The notes beneath the pieces were generated by a model that searched no databases, was not told the DNA's origin, and saw only the letters and a program-made list of their open reading frames with translations. Below, piece after piece: positions 1 through 9,618 of a stretch of 32,000 nt of DNA. Positions within the stretch are counted from its first letter, which is position 1, and every line of letters starts with the position of its first letter. Source of the stretch: Burkholderiaceae bacterium (lineage in GTDB: Bacteria > Pseudomonadota > Gammaproteobacteria > Burkholderiales > Burkholderiaceae_E); the NCBI GenBank assembly GCA_044355655.1, contig JBIKXS010000020.1, positions 25,345 through 57,344 of the forward strand, written 5' to 3'. The position numbers and the translations under genes are program-made.

Positions 1-1
1 G

Positions 2-796
2 GGGCAAGCGGTTGTTGTTGAGAACAAGTCCGGTGCGGCAGGGTCGGTCGGCATGGAGTACGCGGCGCGACAGCCTGCCGATGGTTATACATTTGTAATC
101 GGTAATATGGGTCCAGCGGCAATCAATCCAATGATTTCGCGCCTTCCCTACGATATGAAGAAAGACTTTATCGGCGTGTCTTTGATTGCGACAGGCCCGA
201 ACATCCTGGCTGTTCCCGAGAATTCGCCCTTCCGAACAGTTTCCGACATCGTGAATCGTGCCAAGTCAAAACCGGGATCGGTCACTTTTGGAACGAGCGG
301 GCCAGGTGCGTTGAATCATTTGGCTGGTGAGTTGATGATGCGCCTTGCGGGGGTGCAAATGGTCGGGGTTCCGTATAAAGGCGGTGGTCTGGCGGTTAAC
401 GATTTGCTCGCTGGTCACATTGATATGATGATTTCCGATGCATTGCCAGTGTCACAACACATCAAGTCTGGACGATTAAGGGCCTTGGCGATCACGAGCG
501 AAAAGCGCTCAGCGCTCAACCCCGATATTCCAACCTTTACTGAACTCGGGATGGCAGGTCTTGTGGCAGAAAATTGGTGGGCGGTTTATCTGCCTTCAGG
601 AACCTCAAAGCCGGTGGTCGATCAGTACTTGCAAGTACTCAACAAAATCATGAAAGATCCAGAGTTGCGACAACGTTTTGGCGAACTGGGCGTGGTGGCA
701 AGCGTTTCGAGTCAGTCGGAGCTCGCCACTTTCGTCAATGACGAAGAGCGCAAGTGGTCAAGGATCATCCAAGATGCAGGCATTAGTAGCAAATGA
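2..796 (+). CDS. Bug/TctC-family periplasmic substrate-binding protein, 5' end outside the window
   Basis: The frame is open from nt 2 (GQAVVVENKSGAAGSVG precedes the first in-window Met at 53). It has Bug-family signatures (VENKxGAxG, PADGYT, VPYKGG) and is clearly paralogous to 803..1867 and 7927..8964. Confidence 0.85.
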   Translation, partial: GQAVVVENKSGAAGSVGMEYAARQPADGYTFVIGNMGPAAINPMISRLPYDMKKDFIGVSLIATGPNILAVPENSPFRTVSDIVNRAKSKPGSVTFGTSGPGALNHLAGELMMRLAGVQMVGVPYKGGGLAVNDLLAGHIDMMISDALPVSQHIKSGRLRALAITSEKRSALNPDIPTFTELGMAGLVAENWWAVYLPSGTSKPVVDQYLQVLNKIMKDPELRQRFGELGVVASVSSQSELATFVNDEERKWSRIIQDAGISSK

Positions 797-802
797 GCTT
801 GA

Positions 803-1867
803 ATGGATGTCGCGACAAACGACATGACAAAAGGCAAGGCAGAGATCATGACTGAAAACATAACCAAGACGACGACAAGACGGGCATTGTCGATTGCCCT
901 TGGAAAAACCGCCCTGTGTCTTGCAGGTGCCGGTGCCTCCGTAAAGGCCCTTGCGCAATCCGCAGAGCAAGCCTATCCCTCGCGGCCGGTGAAAATCGTG
1001 GTCCCATTTGCAACAGGCGGGCCTGCCGATAACTACGCGCGTTTTATTGCGCAACGCCTTCAGGAGCGTTTTGGTCACGCTTTCGTGGTTGAGAACAAGC
1101 CCGGTGCGGGCTCCATTATCGGCACTGATCAGGTGGCAAAGGCTGTGCCAGATGGTTACACCTTGTTGATGATGTCAAACACCCACACGGTGAACGAAAC
1201 ATTCATTCCCAACAAGCCCTATGCTCTATTGCGCGATTTCGTTGGGGTGGCTCCAGTTAATTTTTCGGACCTGGTGCTGGTTGCACATCCCCGGGCTGGC
1301 GTTCGCAGCTTGGGCGAACTTATCGCAAAGGCTAAGGCCAACCCAGGAAAACTTAATTACGCCTCATCGGGACTTGGAACGCCTTATCACTTGGCTGGCG
1401 AATTGTTCAAAAGTTTGGCAGGGATCGACCTTGTTCATGTCCCATACAAGGGTAGCTCAAACGCGAGGACAGACGTTCTGGCGGGACATGTTGATCTTAT
1501 GTTTGACGCGGTGACAACCATGGCTGAGCAAGCCCGCTCGGGAAAGGTCATCGCGCTCGCAACAAGTGGCAAAACTCGCTCATCCGTCATGCCCAATATT
1601 CCGACGCTGCACGAGTCGGGCGTGAGTAACTACGAGTCCACCATCTGGCTCGGTCTTGTCGCTCCGCGAGCAACACCAAGGGGAATCGTCAATCGACTCA
1701 ACGAGGAAATTAGTCGAATGCTCTCGCAAGCTGAAGTTCGGGATCTCTGGGCTAAGCAGGGCGCCTCGCCGATCTTGCTCGGCGTCGATAAATTTGAGGT
1801 CTACATCAAAGAGGACATTGAGAAGTGGTCCGCACTTATCAAGTCATCAAATATTCGGCCCGAATAG
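803..1867 (+). CDS. Bug/TctC-family periplasmic substrate-binding protein
   Basis: Signatures YPSRPVKIVVPFATGGPAD, VVENKPGAGS, PDGYTLL and VPYKGS. The true start is probably ATG 848 (MTENITKTTTRRALSIALG...ALA, a signal peptide with an RR motif). 803 is only the longest ORF. Confidence 0.9.
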   Translation: MDVATNDMTKGKAEIMTENITKTTTRRALSIALGKTALCLAGAGASVKALAQSAEQAYPSRPVKIVVPFATGGPADNYARFIAQRLQERFGHAFVVENKPGAGSIIGTDQVAKAVPDGYTLLMMSNTHTVNETFIPNKPYALLRDFVGVAPVNFSDLVLVAHPRAGVRSLGELIAKAKANPGKLNYASSGLGTPYHLAGELFKSLAGIDLVHVPYKGSSNARTDVLAGHVDLMFDAVTTMAEQARSGKVIALATSGKTRSSVMPNIPTLHESGVSNYESTIWLGLVAPRATPRGIVNRLNEEISRMLSQAEVRDLWAKQGASPILLGVDKFEVYIKEDIEKWSALIKSSNIRPE

Positions 1868-1886
1868 AAATTTTCAGGAACTTTTT

Positions 1887-2648
1887 ATGAATCATCGCTT
1901 GCGCATTCTTGCTGGAGGCGCTGTGAAGTCGCTCGTGCTTGCGGCAGCTAAGCAAATGGGTCTTCAGGATGGCATCACATTACAAGCAACATTCGGTGCT
2001 GTTGGGGCGATGCGAGATCTGTTGCTTGACGGTGAACCCTGTGATGTGGTGATTTTTTCGCGTTCACTGATCGACGAACTAGCGCTGAAAAGCGATCATG
2101 GTGAATCGGTGATTGATACACATTCGATCACAGATATTGGCTTGGTCTGTACTGGTCTTGCAGTAAGGTCAACGCACTCTACTGCTCAATCTTCGGCTGC
2201 GAAGGCGTCATTGACTGAAGAAGCGATGCAGGCAAAGACGGCCAAGGATTTGCGAGAAGTCTTGCTTGGGGCAAGTGCGATTTTCGTACCCGACCCAGTG
2301 CGCTCTACCGCAGGCGCTCATGTCATGAAGGTTCTGAACCAGTTGGGTCTTGCATCGGTACTTGAAGGCCGCTTGCGTGGATTTCCACACGGCGCCGCAG
2401 CCATGAAGGCACTATCCGAATCCGACGATCCCAAAGCGATAGGCTGTACGCAAAAAACCGAGATTCTCATGACGCCCGGACTGCGTTACCTTGCCGATCT
2501 ACCTGAGCCCTTTGCTTTGCAGACCCTCTACACGGGTGCAATTACGAGTCAGACCGATAGCGCAGTTCTGGCAGCACGTCTGCTCGATTGGATGGCAGGA
2601 GAGGATTATCTTGCTCAAAGGGAAAGTTCTGGGTTCAAAATCATCTAA
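1887..2648 (+). CDS. Periplasmic-binding-protein-fold (ModA-like) substrate-binding domain protein with no evident signal peptide
   Basis: The track ORF 1656..2648 overlaps the upstream Bug gene. ATG 1887 (MNHRLRILAGGAVKSL...) lies 20 nt after that gene's stop. The overall pattern resembles type-2 binding proteins, and the family call is from memory only. Confidence 0.55.
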   Translation: MNHRLRILAGGAVKSLVLAAAKQMGLQDGITLQATFGAVGAMRDLLLDGEPCDVVIFSRSLIDELALKSDHGESVIDTHSITDIGLVCTGLAVRSTHSTAQSSAAKASLTEEAMQAKTAKDLREVLLGASAIFVPDPVRSTAGAHVMKVLNQLGLASVLEGRLRGFPHGAAAMKALSESDDPKAIGCTQKTEILMTPGLRYLADLPEPFALQTLYTGAITSQTDSAVLAARLLDWMAGEDYLAQRESSGFKII

Positions 2649-2718
2649 GTTATAAGGTTATTGATTAATTAACGGTTAAAGTAATATTTCAAAGTGCTTT
2701 GCGCTTTCGGAGAACGCC

Positions 2719-3903
2719 ATGCTCTACAGATGTTTCGCAGATTGTTCGCATCATTCCCATGACCATGGGCTGTTTGGTGCATCGTCGTTCAATATGCCAG
2801 AGCTTGCTGACCCTTCAAGCGAAATCCTATCAACAAGCGATTCACCGCAAAAAGTCAGGCGGAATGCTGATCGCCAGCGAGTGATTGATATCCACTGCCA
2901 TTATTTAAACCCAGAAGTTGCGCGCAAAACAATTAAGCTAAAGACCGCTGCGCATGATCCCTCGATTGTTTACGCCAACGACTTAACGCGGCAAACCAAT
3001 GTTAAACAAATGGCTGATCGCGCATCAAAGCTCAGCGACATCGGCGAGCGTATTCACGAAATGGATCGCATGGGTGTTGATATGCAGGTTGTCAGTCCGG
3101 CACCTTTTCAGTATTTTTATTTCACAGCGCCAAAGCTCGGTGCTTCGCTGGCCCGTGAGGTGAACGAGGGTATTGCCTCGATTGTTGCTGGGAATCCAGA
3201 ACGTTTTGCTGGCTTTGGTTCGGTGCCACTCCAGTCAGTGGAACATGCGATTCAGGAACTTGAGCACGCGGTGCTTGACTTAGGTCTGAGAGGTGTTGAA
3301 ATCAACACCCAGGTTAACGGTTTGAACCTGACCGACCCAGCATTAGGGCTTGACCCCTTTTTCCAACGAGCCCAAGAACTTAAGGCTGCTGTCTTCTTGC
3401 ACCCGATAGGATTCACGCATGCGCAACGCCTGAAGGATCATTATTTTAATAACGTGATAGGTAATCCGCTTGAAACAACGCTTGCCTTAAGCCACATCAT
3501 TTTCGATGGCGTTTTAGCCCGTTTCCCCAAGCTGCGGATTATTGCACCGCATGGTGGTGGCTACTTGCCACATTATTGGGCAAGGATGGACCATGCCTGG
3601 CGTGCTCGCCCTGATAGCCGTACCATTATAAAAACAAGACCTTCGAAGTACCTGGAAAAGGTCTACTTCGACACGATTACTTTTGATCCGCGAATGATTC
3701 GAAACTTGATCGATCGCTTCGGCGCAAAACAAGTGCTCTTGGGGACCGACTATCCCTACGACATGGGTGAAACCAACCCGTTGGGTTTGATTGCCTCAAT
3801 CCCCGGCATCGACGCGCTTGAGCATGAGCTACTGATCGGTGGCAATGCTGAGCGTTTATTGAATCTTGGACTGAAGAAGCGTGCGCAGAAAAAGCAACCA
3901 TGA
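2719..3903 (+). CDS. Amidohydrolase-2 family metal-dependent hydrolase/decarboxylase (ACMSD/LigW-like)
   Basis: N-terminal metal motif IDIHCHY, then HPIGF, APHGGGYLP and GTDYPYD, typical of the amidohydrolase_2 family. The start is uncertain (2719 or ATG 2794). Confidence 0.8.
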   Translation: MLYRCFADCSHHSHDHGLFGASSFNMPELADPSSEILSTSDSPQKVRRNADRQRVIDIHCHYLNPEVARKTIKLKTAAHDPSIVYANDLTRQTNVKQMADRASKLSDIGERIHEMDRMGVDMQVVSPAPFQYFYFTAPKLGASLAREVNEGIASIVAGNPERFAGFGSVPLQSVEHAIQELEHAVLDLGLRGVEINTQVNGLNLTDPALGLDPFFQRAQELKAAVFLHPIGFTHAQRLKDHYFNNVIGNPLETTLALSHIIFDGVLARFPKLRIIAPHGGGYLPHYWARMDHAWRARPDSRTIIKTRPSKYLEKVYFDTITFDPRMIRNLIDRFGAKQVLLGTDYPYDMGETNPLGLIASIPGIDALEHELLIGGNAERLLNLGLKKRAQKKQP

Positions 3904-3934
3904 AAAATTAAAACAGAGAAGCACTAGAATACTT

Positions 3935-4564
3935 TCAAGTCGTCGATTCAGTGGGTATCGCCGGCTCGCCAAATTGAATACCGATTTGAGCCATTGCTTT
4001 GCGTACCTCAGGACCCCAACGTTTCTCGATTTCTACACCGGTCGAGGCGGCGTGATAAACCGTGTCTTGTAGATCACCCTGCGCTGGTTGAATCATCACG
4101 AGCAATCGACCCATCGTGGTACCCGAATTGCGAAAATCGCGATAAATGCCAGCAGGTACTGAAACAAAATCGAGCGGGAAAAGTTTTGTGCTGTGCTGCC
4201 CTTGCTCGCCCCATAGAATTTCAAACTCACCCTCCAGGCAGAAGAAGTTTTCCACTGCGGCGCTGTGCTTGTGCAATCCCGCACGATCGCCAGGGGGGCA
4301 CTCGGCCAGCGTGATGGTCAGGCCCGGGGCGCCTCGCACCGGAGCAAGTTTGCTGCGACCTTCCCAACCCGCAGGGGCCATGATGGGCATGACTTTGTCA
4401 GGTGACATTAATCGCATTGCTTCAGGCGGTACACCGTTAGAACTTTGAAAACTGTCCTTGTACGGTCGCAGATCGGCGTAGCGCGCAACCCTCGTTGGAA
4501 CTGTGTGCTCCAGGGCTTCGGTCGACTCGGAATGCTGGTGCAGTGATGCGGTAGCATGGCTCAT
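3935..4564 (-). CDS. Cupin-domain protein
   Basis: Cupin motifs GLHKHSAAVENFFCLEGEFEI and VSVPAGIYRDFRN. ATG 4564 is preceded by GAAGGAG 8 nt upstream and is preferred over the longest-ORF start at 4582. Confidence 0.65.
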   Translation of the reverse strand: MSHATASLHQHSESTEALEHTVPTRVARYADLRPYKDSFQSSNGVPPEAMRLMSPDKVMPIMAPAGWEGRSKLAPVRGAPGLTITLAECPPGDRAGLHKHSAAVENFFCLEGEFEILWGEQGQHSTKLFPLDFVSVPAGIYRDFRNSGTTMGRLLVMIQPAQGDLQDTVYHAASTGVEIEKRWGPEVRKAMAQIGIQFGEPAIPTESTT

Positions 4565-4584
4565 GAAGGAGCTCCTTCTCAAAG

Positions 4585-6369
4585 TTAGCGCGATGGAATG
4601 ATTGGAAGTAACAGATAAGGCAGGGCCTTCGGTTCGAAATGGACCGTGACCTTGTTATGAAAAATTGAGGGCGGTCTGTCGGTATCGTCCTCGTGAAGGA
4701 ATGGGCCGCATCCGCGCATCGGGTGTTTGACATTTGACAGGCTCGCTGGCGAGAGTCCATGATCAAAATCACGACCCAAGAGATGGAGCCCAATAGTATA
4801 GCCTGCAGGGACCACAATACAGCTTGGCCAAATTTCGACGTCAAGATCCACGGCGACACCTGGTTCAAGCATTTGCTTTTCGTCATGGCTGTGCCATGGG
4901 CGATAGGGGAGGCTCTTAGCGGGGTCAAGTTTTCGGTGTGAGGCTCGAAGCCATCCCTGTGCAATCGGGGTCATCGGATCCATCGCACCCTCAAAGAGAA
5001 TTTCCTGTCCCGCCGGGTCGAATAATCTGATGACTGCAAAAAGATCGGCGTCAGTGGTGGACGATGAAATGCTGATCTTCAGCGCGCTGGGCCCTGTGAT
5101 TTCTGTCTCCTCGCTAAAGGGTTGGCTTCGGAAAAGCAGACCCTCACCCATGGCTTCGTAGCTCAGTTGCCTGACGCTTGTTTCAGTTGATTTTGCTGGG
5201 TCTTCAGGACTAGCCGACAGACTCATATCAGCCGCGTGGAGATAAAACTTTGTCCATCGCGTTCGTGCTAGGGGCCATTCGTTTTCATTTCTGAGTTCAA
5301 AGCGCTCGCCAGGATGGCGGATTCTGAGCTGAACTTTTGGCTGATCCTGCCAGCCGTTTTGTTCGTCTTTGAGAAAATAATCGAAAAATTTTCGCTGTAG
5401 TTCGACAGCCCAATCGTCATAAAAAGGAGCCCAATGCGACTGACCATGCACCTCTAGCCACTTTTGTGTCGTTGCTGCGCCTAGCCAGCCTTCGAAGTTG
5501 CCGCGCGTATGTAAGCCCTGGCCTCCCCAGTTAGCCGCTGAGAGCAGCGGCACATCAATGGCAGAAAGATCGGCAGTTCGCTCTCGGTACCAGTTGTCGA
5601 TCATTTCGCGATCGAGCATTTCCTGCCACATATTTTCGCGATTACCCGCAAGCTCCTGCTCTGAAAGCGTCTGTGGACCACAAACCAGCTCGCCAGTGAG
5701 CTGATTAATCCGGCCGCGTTCGCCAACGCCGTGCTGAACCGTCTTCACCTGCAAGTCCTGCCAGTTCTTTCTGAAGCTGCAAACAATCCCGCCATGCCTG
5801 CAACCGTCACGATAGCTATCGGTCCATCCCTCCCAAACACAAATCGCGGCAAGATTGGGCGGTCGGCTTGCCGCGGCGCGCCACTGATTTGAGGCGTAAT
5901 ACGAAATGCCATTCATGCCGATCTTGCCCGAACTCCAGGCTTGTTGGGCTGCCCATGTGATGCAGGCATGGATGTCTTTTGTTTCTCGGGCATTATTGTG
6001 ACTGAGGTAGCCGGGTGAACGACCGGCGCCTCTCGAATCAACCCGTATGCAGACATAACCATGGGGAACCCATTTCTCGGGATCGACGACTTCCCAGTTT
6101 GCATAGCGGTTACTGGTTCCAGTCACGGCGCTGGGATGCTTTCGTAACATATGTTCCCAGGCGGTTTTGTAGCCCTCCTGAAACGCCAGTCCTTTACCGT
6201 AGGGCCCATAGCTGAGCAGAACAGGGAACTGACCTGCCTGGACAGGCCGAAAGATATCGGCACGCAGCACGATGCCGTCGTCCATTGGAATGGGCGCATC
6301 CCAGTCGATGTGCATGCCATCTCGAAGTTCAGAACGATGCTGTGGATCGTGTTGGGCGATTTGACTCAT
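4585..6369 (-). CDS. CocE/NonD-family (X-Pro dipeptidyl-peptidase S15-like) alpha/beta hydrolase
   Basis: 594 aa with an N-terminal alpha/beta-hydrolase part (PVLLSYGPYGKG, VDSRGAGRSPG, nucleophile elbow GMNGISYYA) and a long C-terminal beta-sandwich part typical of the family. Its start lies 5 nt after the upstream stop, so translation is probably coupled. Confidence 0.85.
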   Translation of the reverse strand: MSQIAQHDPQHRSELRDGMHIDWDAPIPMDDGIVLRADIFRPVQAGQFPVLLSYGPYGKGLAFQEGYKTAWEHMLRKHPSAVTGTSNRYANWEVVDPEKWVPHGYVCIRVDSRGAGRSPGYLSHNNARETKDIHACITWAAQQAWSSGKIGMNGISYYASNQWRAAASRPPNLAAICVWEGWTDSYRDGCRHGGIVCSFRKNWQDLQVKTVQHGVGERGRINQLTGELVCGPQTLSEQELAGNRENMWQEMLDREMIDNWYRERTADLSAIDVPLLSAANWGGQGLHTRGNFEGWLGAATTQKWLEVHGQSHWAPFYDDWAVELQRKFFDYFLKDEQNGWQDQPKVQLRIRHPGERFELRNENEWPLARTRWTKFYLHAADMSLSASPEDPAKSTETSVRQLSYEAMGEGLLFRSQPFSEETEITGPSALKISISSSTTDADLFAVIRLFDPAGQEILFEGAMDPMTPIAQGWLRASHRKLDPAKSLPYRPWHSHDEKQMLEPGVAVDLDVEIWPSCIVVPAGYTIGLHLLGRDFDHGLSPASLSNVKHPMRGCGPFLHEDDTDRPPSIFHNKVTVHFEPKALPYLLLPIIPSR

Positions 6370-6374
6370 AAGTT

Positions 6375-7508
6375 TTAGGACATTAGGGGTTCTTCGGCGC
6401 AGACTTTTCGTTCGCTGCGGATTGCTGCATTAACGCGCGGCATGACTTCCTGCGCCATTAATTCCATGGAGCGGCGGGCGAGTCCTTTGTCGACCTGGTC
6501 CATACCAGCATAAACAAGCTCGCCAAAGGGTCCTGTCAACTCGCGCAGCGCGAGGATTTGATCAACCACTTCGGACACTGTGCCGCAAATCACCAATTCC
6601 TTTAGTAAACGATCGAGGGTGACATGTGTATCGTCTTCATCGATATGCTTTTTAAAAATAACATGGCGTTTGGACATCATCATTTTCGTTAGCATTTGTC
6701 GATAGTAGTATCGATAAGGACTGTTTGCATTGTTGCCACCGTATTCCCTGGCAGTTGCCTCGTCATCGGCAACAAAGACCGTACGGGCAATTCGCCATTG
6801 ATCAGGATCTGCGACCTGACCGGCAAGTGCTTTGCCCTGGGCATAGTTCTCCCAATGACTTGGAAGCCAGTGAGAGAGCAGGAAATTGGCTGACATCGGA
6901 TGGAAGTCTCGTTGACCCATGAGCACAACGCCTTTAGACCCAGGCGCAACCACAGTACCAACGATTTCCGGTCGCGGCCGCTGGTAGGGTTTCATCAGCA
7001 CACCTCGTCCGATGGCTGGCACCTGGGTCACGCGAGTTGATACCTTGAATCGATTCTCCGGTAGATCGATGTCATACGGTGGGTCGCGCTCCCATATCGC
7101 AAGAATCACATCGATCGCCTCAGCAAATAGGCGATTGCGATCCTCTGAAAGAATCCCCAAGGCCTCTGCATCGGAGGCTAATGCTCCCGGACTGATACCG
7201 AAAATGAAGCGGCCTTTGGACAGGTGATCAAACATCGCCGCCTGGGATGCGATCAGCGTGGGGTGTGAGTGTGAGAGATTTGAGGTGCCGGTGCCAAGTC
7301 GGATCTGCGAAGTCTGATGAATAAGCGTCGCGAGAAATACCATACTATTGGTAACGTTCTCGGCTTTATCAGTGAGGTGTTCACCAACAAAAGCATCGTG
7401 AAATCCGAGCTTGTCGGCAAGTATGATCGCCTGACGGTCTTCCTCAAGGGTGATCGCAATTTCTCGGTCAAGCGGATGCAAAGGCATCGTGAAGTAACCA
7501 AGTCGCAT
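6375..7508 (-). CDS. LLM-class (luciferase-like) flavin-dependent monooxygenase/oxidoreductase
   Basis: 377 aa with a luciferase-like pattern (MRLGYF...LGFHDAFVGEH...GRFIFGISPG). AGGAGA lies 4-5 nt upstream of ATG 7508. Confidence 0.85.
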   Translation of the reverse strand: MRLGYFTMPLHPLDREIAITLEEDRQAIILADKLGFHDAFVGEHLTDKAENVTNSMVFLATLIHQTSQIRLGTGTSNLSHSHPTLIASQAAMFDHLSKGRFIFGISPGALASDAEALGILSEDRNRLFAEAIDVILAIWERDPPYDIDLPENRFKVSTRVTQVPAIGRGVLMKPYQRPRPEIVGTVVAPGSKGVVLMGQRDFHPMSANFLLSHWLPSHWENYAQGKALAGQVADPDQWRIARTVFVADDEATAREYGGNNANSPYRYYYRQMLTKMMMSKRHVIFKKHIDEDDTHVTLDRLLKELVICGTVSEVVDQILALRELTGPFGELVYAGMDQVDKGLARRSMELMAQEVMPRVNAAIRSERKVCAEEPLMS

Positions 7509-7798
7509 GGGTTCTCCTAATCAATAACATCAGCGCTGCGCTTTTTAAGCGTAACAGTGCTCGCCGCTTAAGGCGGTATGGGACGAAGTTCTGCCAGGAA
7601 GTCTCAGTGAATCAATCTCAACGGTCAAGCGAACGCAGCAGCCTTTGCCGCTTATGGTCATACACATATTCATGCGGCATTCCGGAAAGTGATTTTTTCA
7701 TGATCACTTGATCACTAAACGATGTGACAAGGCGTTGTATGCGACAAGGCTTTATGTGCTTAATTGCGTGTGAGTATGCAAACTGGCTTTGGCTGAAG

Positions 7799-7908
7799 AA
7801 GACCGTGAAAATCTTCGATCAAGATCACTGCAGTTAACGAGCAAGATCTTCGAAGTCACCTAAGAAGATCTTCGGAGTCATCGAACGAGATCGTAGAAGT
7901 CAATATAT
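7799..7908. repeat. Five tandem 22-bp units (core AAGATCTTCGRAGTCA), degenerating toward both ends
   Basis: The best units start at 7843, 7865 and 7887, exactly 22 bp apart. Weaker units start at 7799 and 7821. The array ends 3 nt before the SD AGGGAGGA (7911..7918) of the Bug gene at 7927. Confidence 0.75.
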
Positions 7909-7926
7909 TTAGGGAGGAACTGTCAC

Positions 7927-8964
7927 ATGATTAGCTTGAGCGTTTTTCGTTTTGGGTTTGCCCCGATTCGCGGTGTCAAACCGTTGGGATTATTGAACGT
8001 TCCGCGTTTTTTAGCGCTGATGGTTTGGTTTGCGATGGTCTTGGTGCATGGCAGGGTCGATGCCCAGCCTTACCCAAATCGACCGATCAAAATTATCGTG
8101 CCAGCAGCAGCAGGCGATAGTTGTGATGTGTTGTCTCGGCTAATTGCGCCGAAACTTACCGAGCGGCTTGGGCAGTCGGTTGTTATTGAGAATAAGGCAG
8201 GCGCGGGAGGCCAACTCGGCCTCGTCTTGATCAAACAGGCACCACCCGATGGCTACACACTCGGTTGTGGGCAGGGCGGTAACATGGTGATTGTTCCGCT
8301 TGCCTTTGCCAAGGTTGCTTATAACTCACGGACCGATTTCACACCGATTTCGATGATGGCCTCGAATTTTCTCGGCCTGGCGGTGAGCACTAAATCGCCT
8401 TTCAATGATGTCAAGGGATTGATCGATTTCGCCAAGGCCAATCCTGAGAAGTTAACTTTCGGAACCAATGGTGAGGGTGCATTTCTGCATTTCGCAACCG
8501 AGCAGTTTGGCTTGATGGCTGGCTTTAAATATGTACACGTGCCGCATCGAGGTATGGGCGAGGTGTTCACCCAGATTCTGGGCGGGGGTATTGACGCAAC
8601 GCTTGCCTCCTATATTTCGATCTTACCCATGGTTGAAGGAGGCAAGATGAAATTGCTCGGCATCGCGCGTTCAAACCGTCTTCCTGACAGCCCAACTGTA
8701 CCGACCATCGCCGAGTCAGTGCCTGGTTTTAGCTCAGGCGGTTGGTTCGGCATCATTGGCCCGGCAGGCATGCCACCCGATATCGTCGATCGTTTGAATA
8801 AGGAGATCAACTTTGCCCTCAGGCAGCCCGATGTGCTCGCGCGTATGAAAACCATGGGCCTTGAGGTGCACACCGAAGGGCCGCGGTTTTTCACTGAACT
8901 TTTAGAGCGCGACTTTGTGAACTGGGGCAAGGTGGTGAAAGAAATCGGGTTCAAACCACGGTAA
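7927..8964 (+). CDS. Bug/TctC-family periplasmic substrate-binding protein
   Basis: Signal-peptide-like N-terminus followed by YPNRPIKIIVPAAAG, IENKAGAGG, PPDGYTL and VPHRG. Strong SD upstream. Confidence 0.9.
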   Translation: MISLSVFRFGFAPIRGVKPLGLLNVPRFLALMVWFAMVLVHGRVDAQPYPNRPIKIIVPAAAGDSCDVLSRLIAPKLTERLGQSVVIENKAGAGGQLGLVLIKQAPPDGYTLGCGQGGNMVIVPLAFAKVAYNSRTDFTPISMMASNFLGLAVSTKSPFNDVKGLIDFAKANPEKLTFGTNGEGAFLHFATEQFGLMAGFKYVHVPHRGMGEVFTQILGGGIDATLASYISILPMVEGGKMKLLGIARSNRLPDSPTVPTIAESVPGFSSGGWFGIIGPAGMPPDIVDRLNKEINFALRQPDVLARMKTMGLEVHTEGPRFFTELLERDFVNWGKVVKEIGFKPR

Positions 8965-9027
8965 TTTTTGGACGAACTCAGGTTTCGTTCTTTAGAGGCA
9001 TCACCTTATATTGTTCTAGGAAGCTTC

Positions 9028-9618
9028 ATGTCTCATTCAAAACCAATGGACCGCATGCCAGCACTTGCTGAGGATGAGATGAGTCCTCAGCAGCAGTATG
9101 CCTACGCCGCGCTCACGCAGGGGCCTCGAGGAAAGGTCGCAGGGCCCTTCGTGGCTTTGTTGCGCAGCCCGGAGTTGATGGATCGGTTGCAGCGCGTGGG
9201 TGAATACTTGCGTTTCAGCAACACGATTGGCCTGCGCTGCTCGGAATTTGCGGTTCTTGTCTGCTCGAGGCACTGGTCGCAGCCTGTTGAATGGGCGATT
9301 CACCGCCCGATCGCAGAGCGGGAGGGTGTGTCGCCGCAGACCTGCGATGCGATTCTTCAGGGGCGGCGTCCCCTGTCGATGTCTGATGACGAGTGTATTG
9401 TCTACGATGTACTCGATGAGCTTTATCGCTGCCGCAGCGTCAGTGATCTTACTTGGGCCCGCCTTGTTGATCGATGGGGCGATCAGGGCGCGATTGATTT
9501 ACTTGCCCATTACGGTTATTACAGTACCTTGGCTATTGTGATGAATGCCTGCCGCACCGCTGTACCCGAATCGCCTTTCTCTGAGCAAATGCGATCCTTG
9601 CCTGGCGCACCCGGGTGA
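9028..9618 (+). CDS. Carboxymuconolactone decarboxylase (CMD/AhpD-like) family protein
   Basis: Size and pattern (RSPELMDRLQRVGEYLRF...LRCSEFAVLVCSRHWSQPVEWAIH) fit CMD-family proteins. ATG 9028 is preferred over TTG 8968. Confidence 0.7.
   Translation: MSHSKPMDRMPALAEDEMSPQQQYAYAALTQGPRGKVAGPFVALLRSPELMDRLQRVGEYLRFSNTIGLRCSEFAVLVCSRHWSQPVEWAIHRPIAEREGVSPQTCDAILQGRRPLSMSDDECIVYDVLDELYRCRSVSDLTWARLVDRWGDQGAIDLLAHYGYYSTLAIVMNACRTAVPESPFSEQMRSLPGAPG

Noticed and set aside
1656-1886. The 5' extension of track ORF 1656..2648, which overlaps the 3' end of the Bug gene by about 210 nt.
   Set aside because: The extension is Arg/Ser-rich out-of-frame read-through of the Bug gene. ATG 1887, just after the Bug stop, gives a sensible N-terminus.
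7799-7908. The 22-bp tandem array as a possible CRISPR array.
   Set aside because: The units are directly adjacent with no spacers and are only 22 bp long, and no cas genes are present. It is a tandem repeat, not a CRISPR array.
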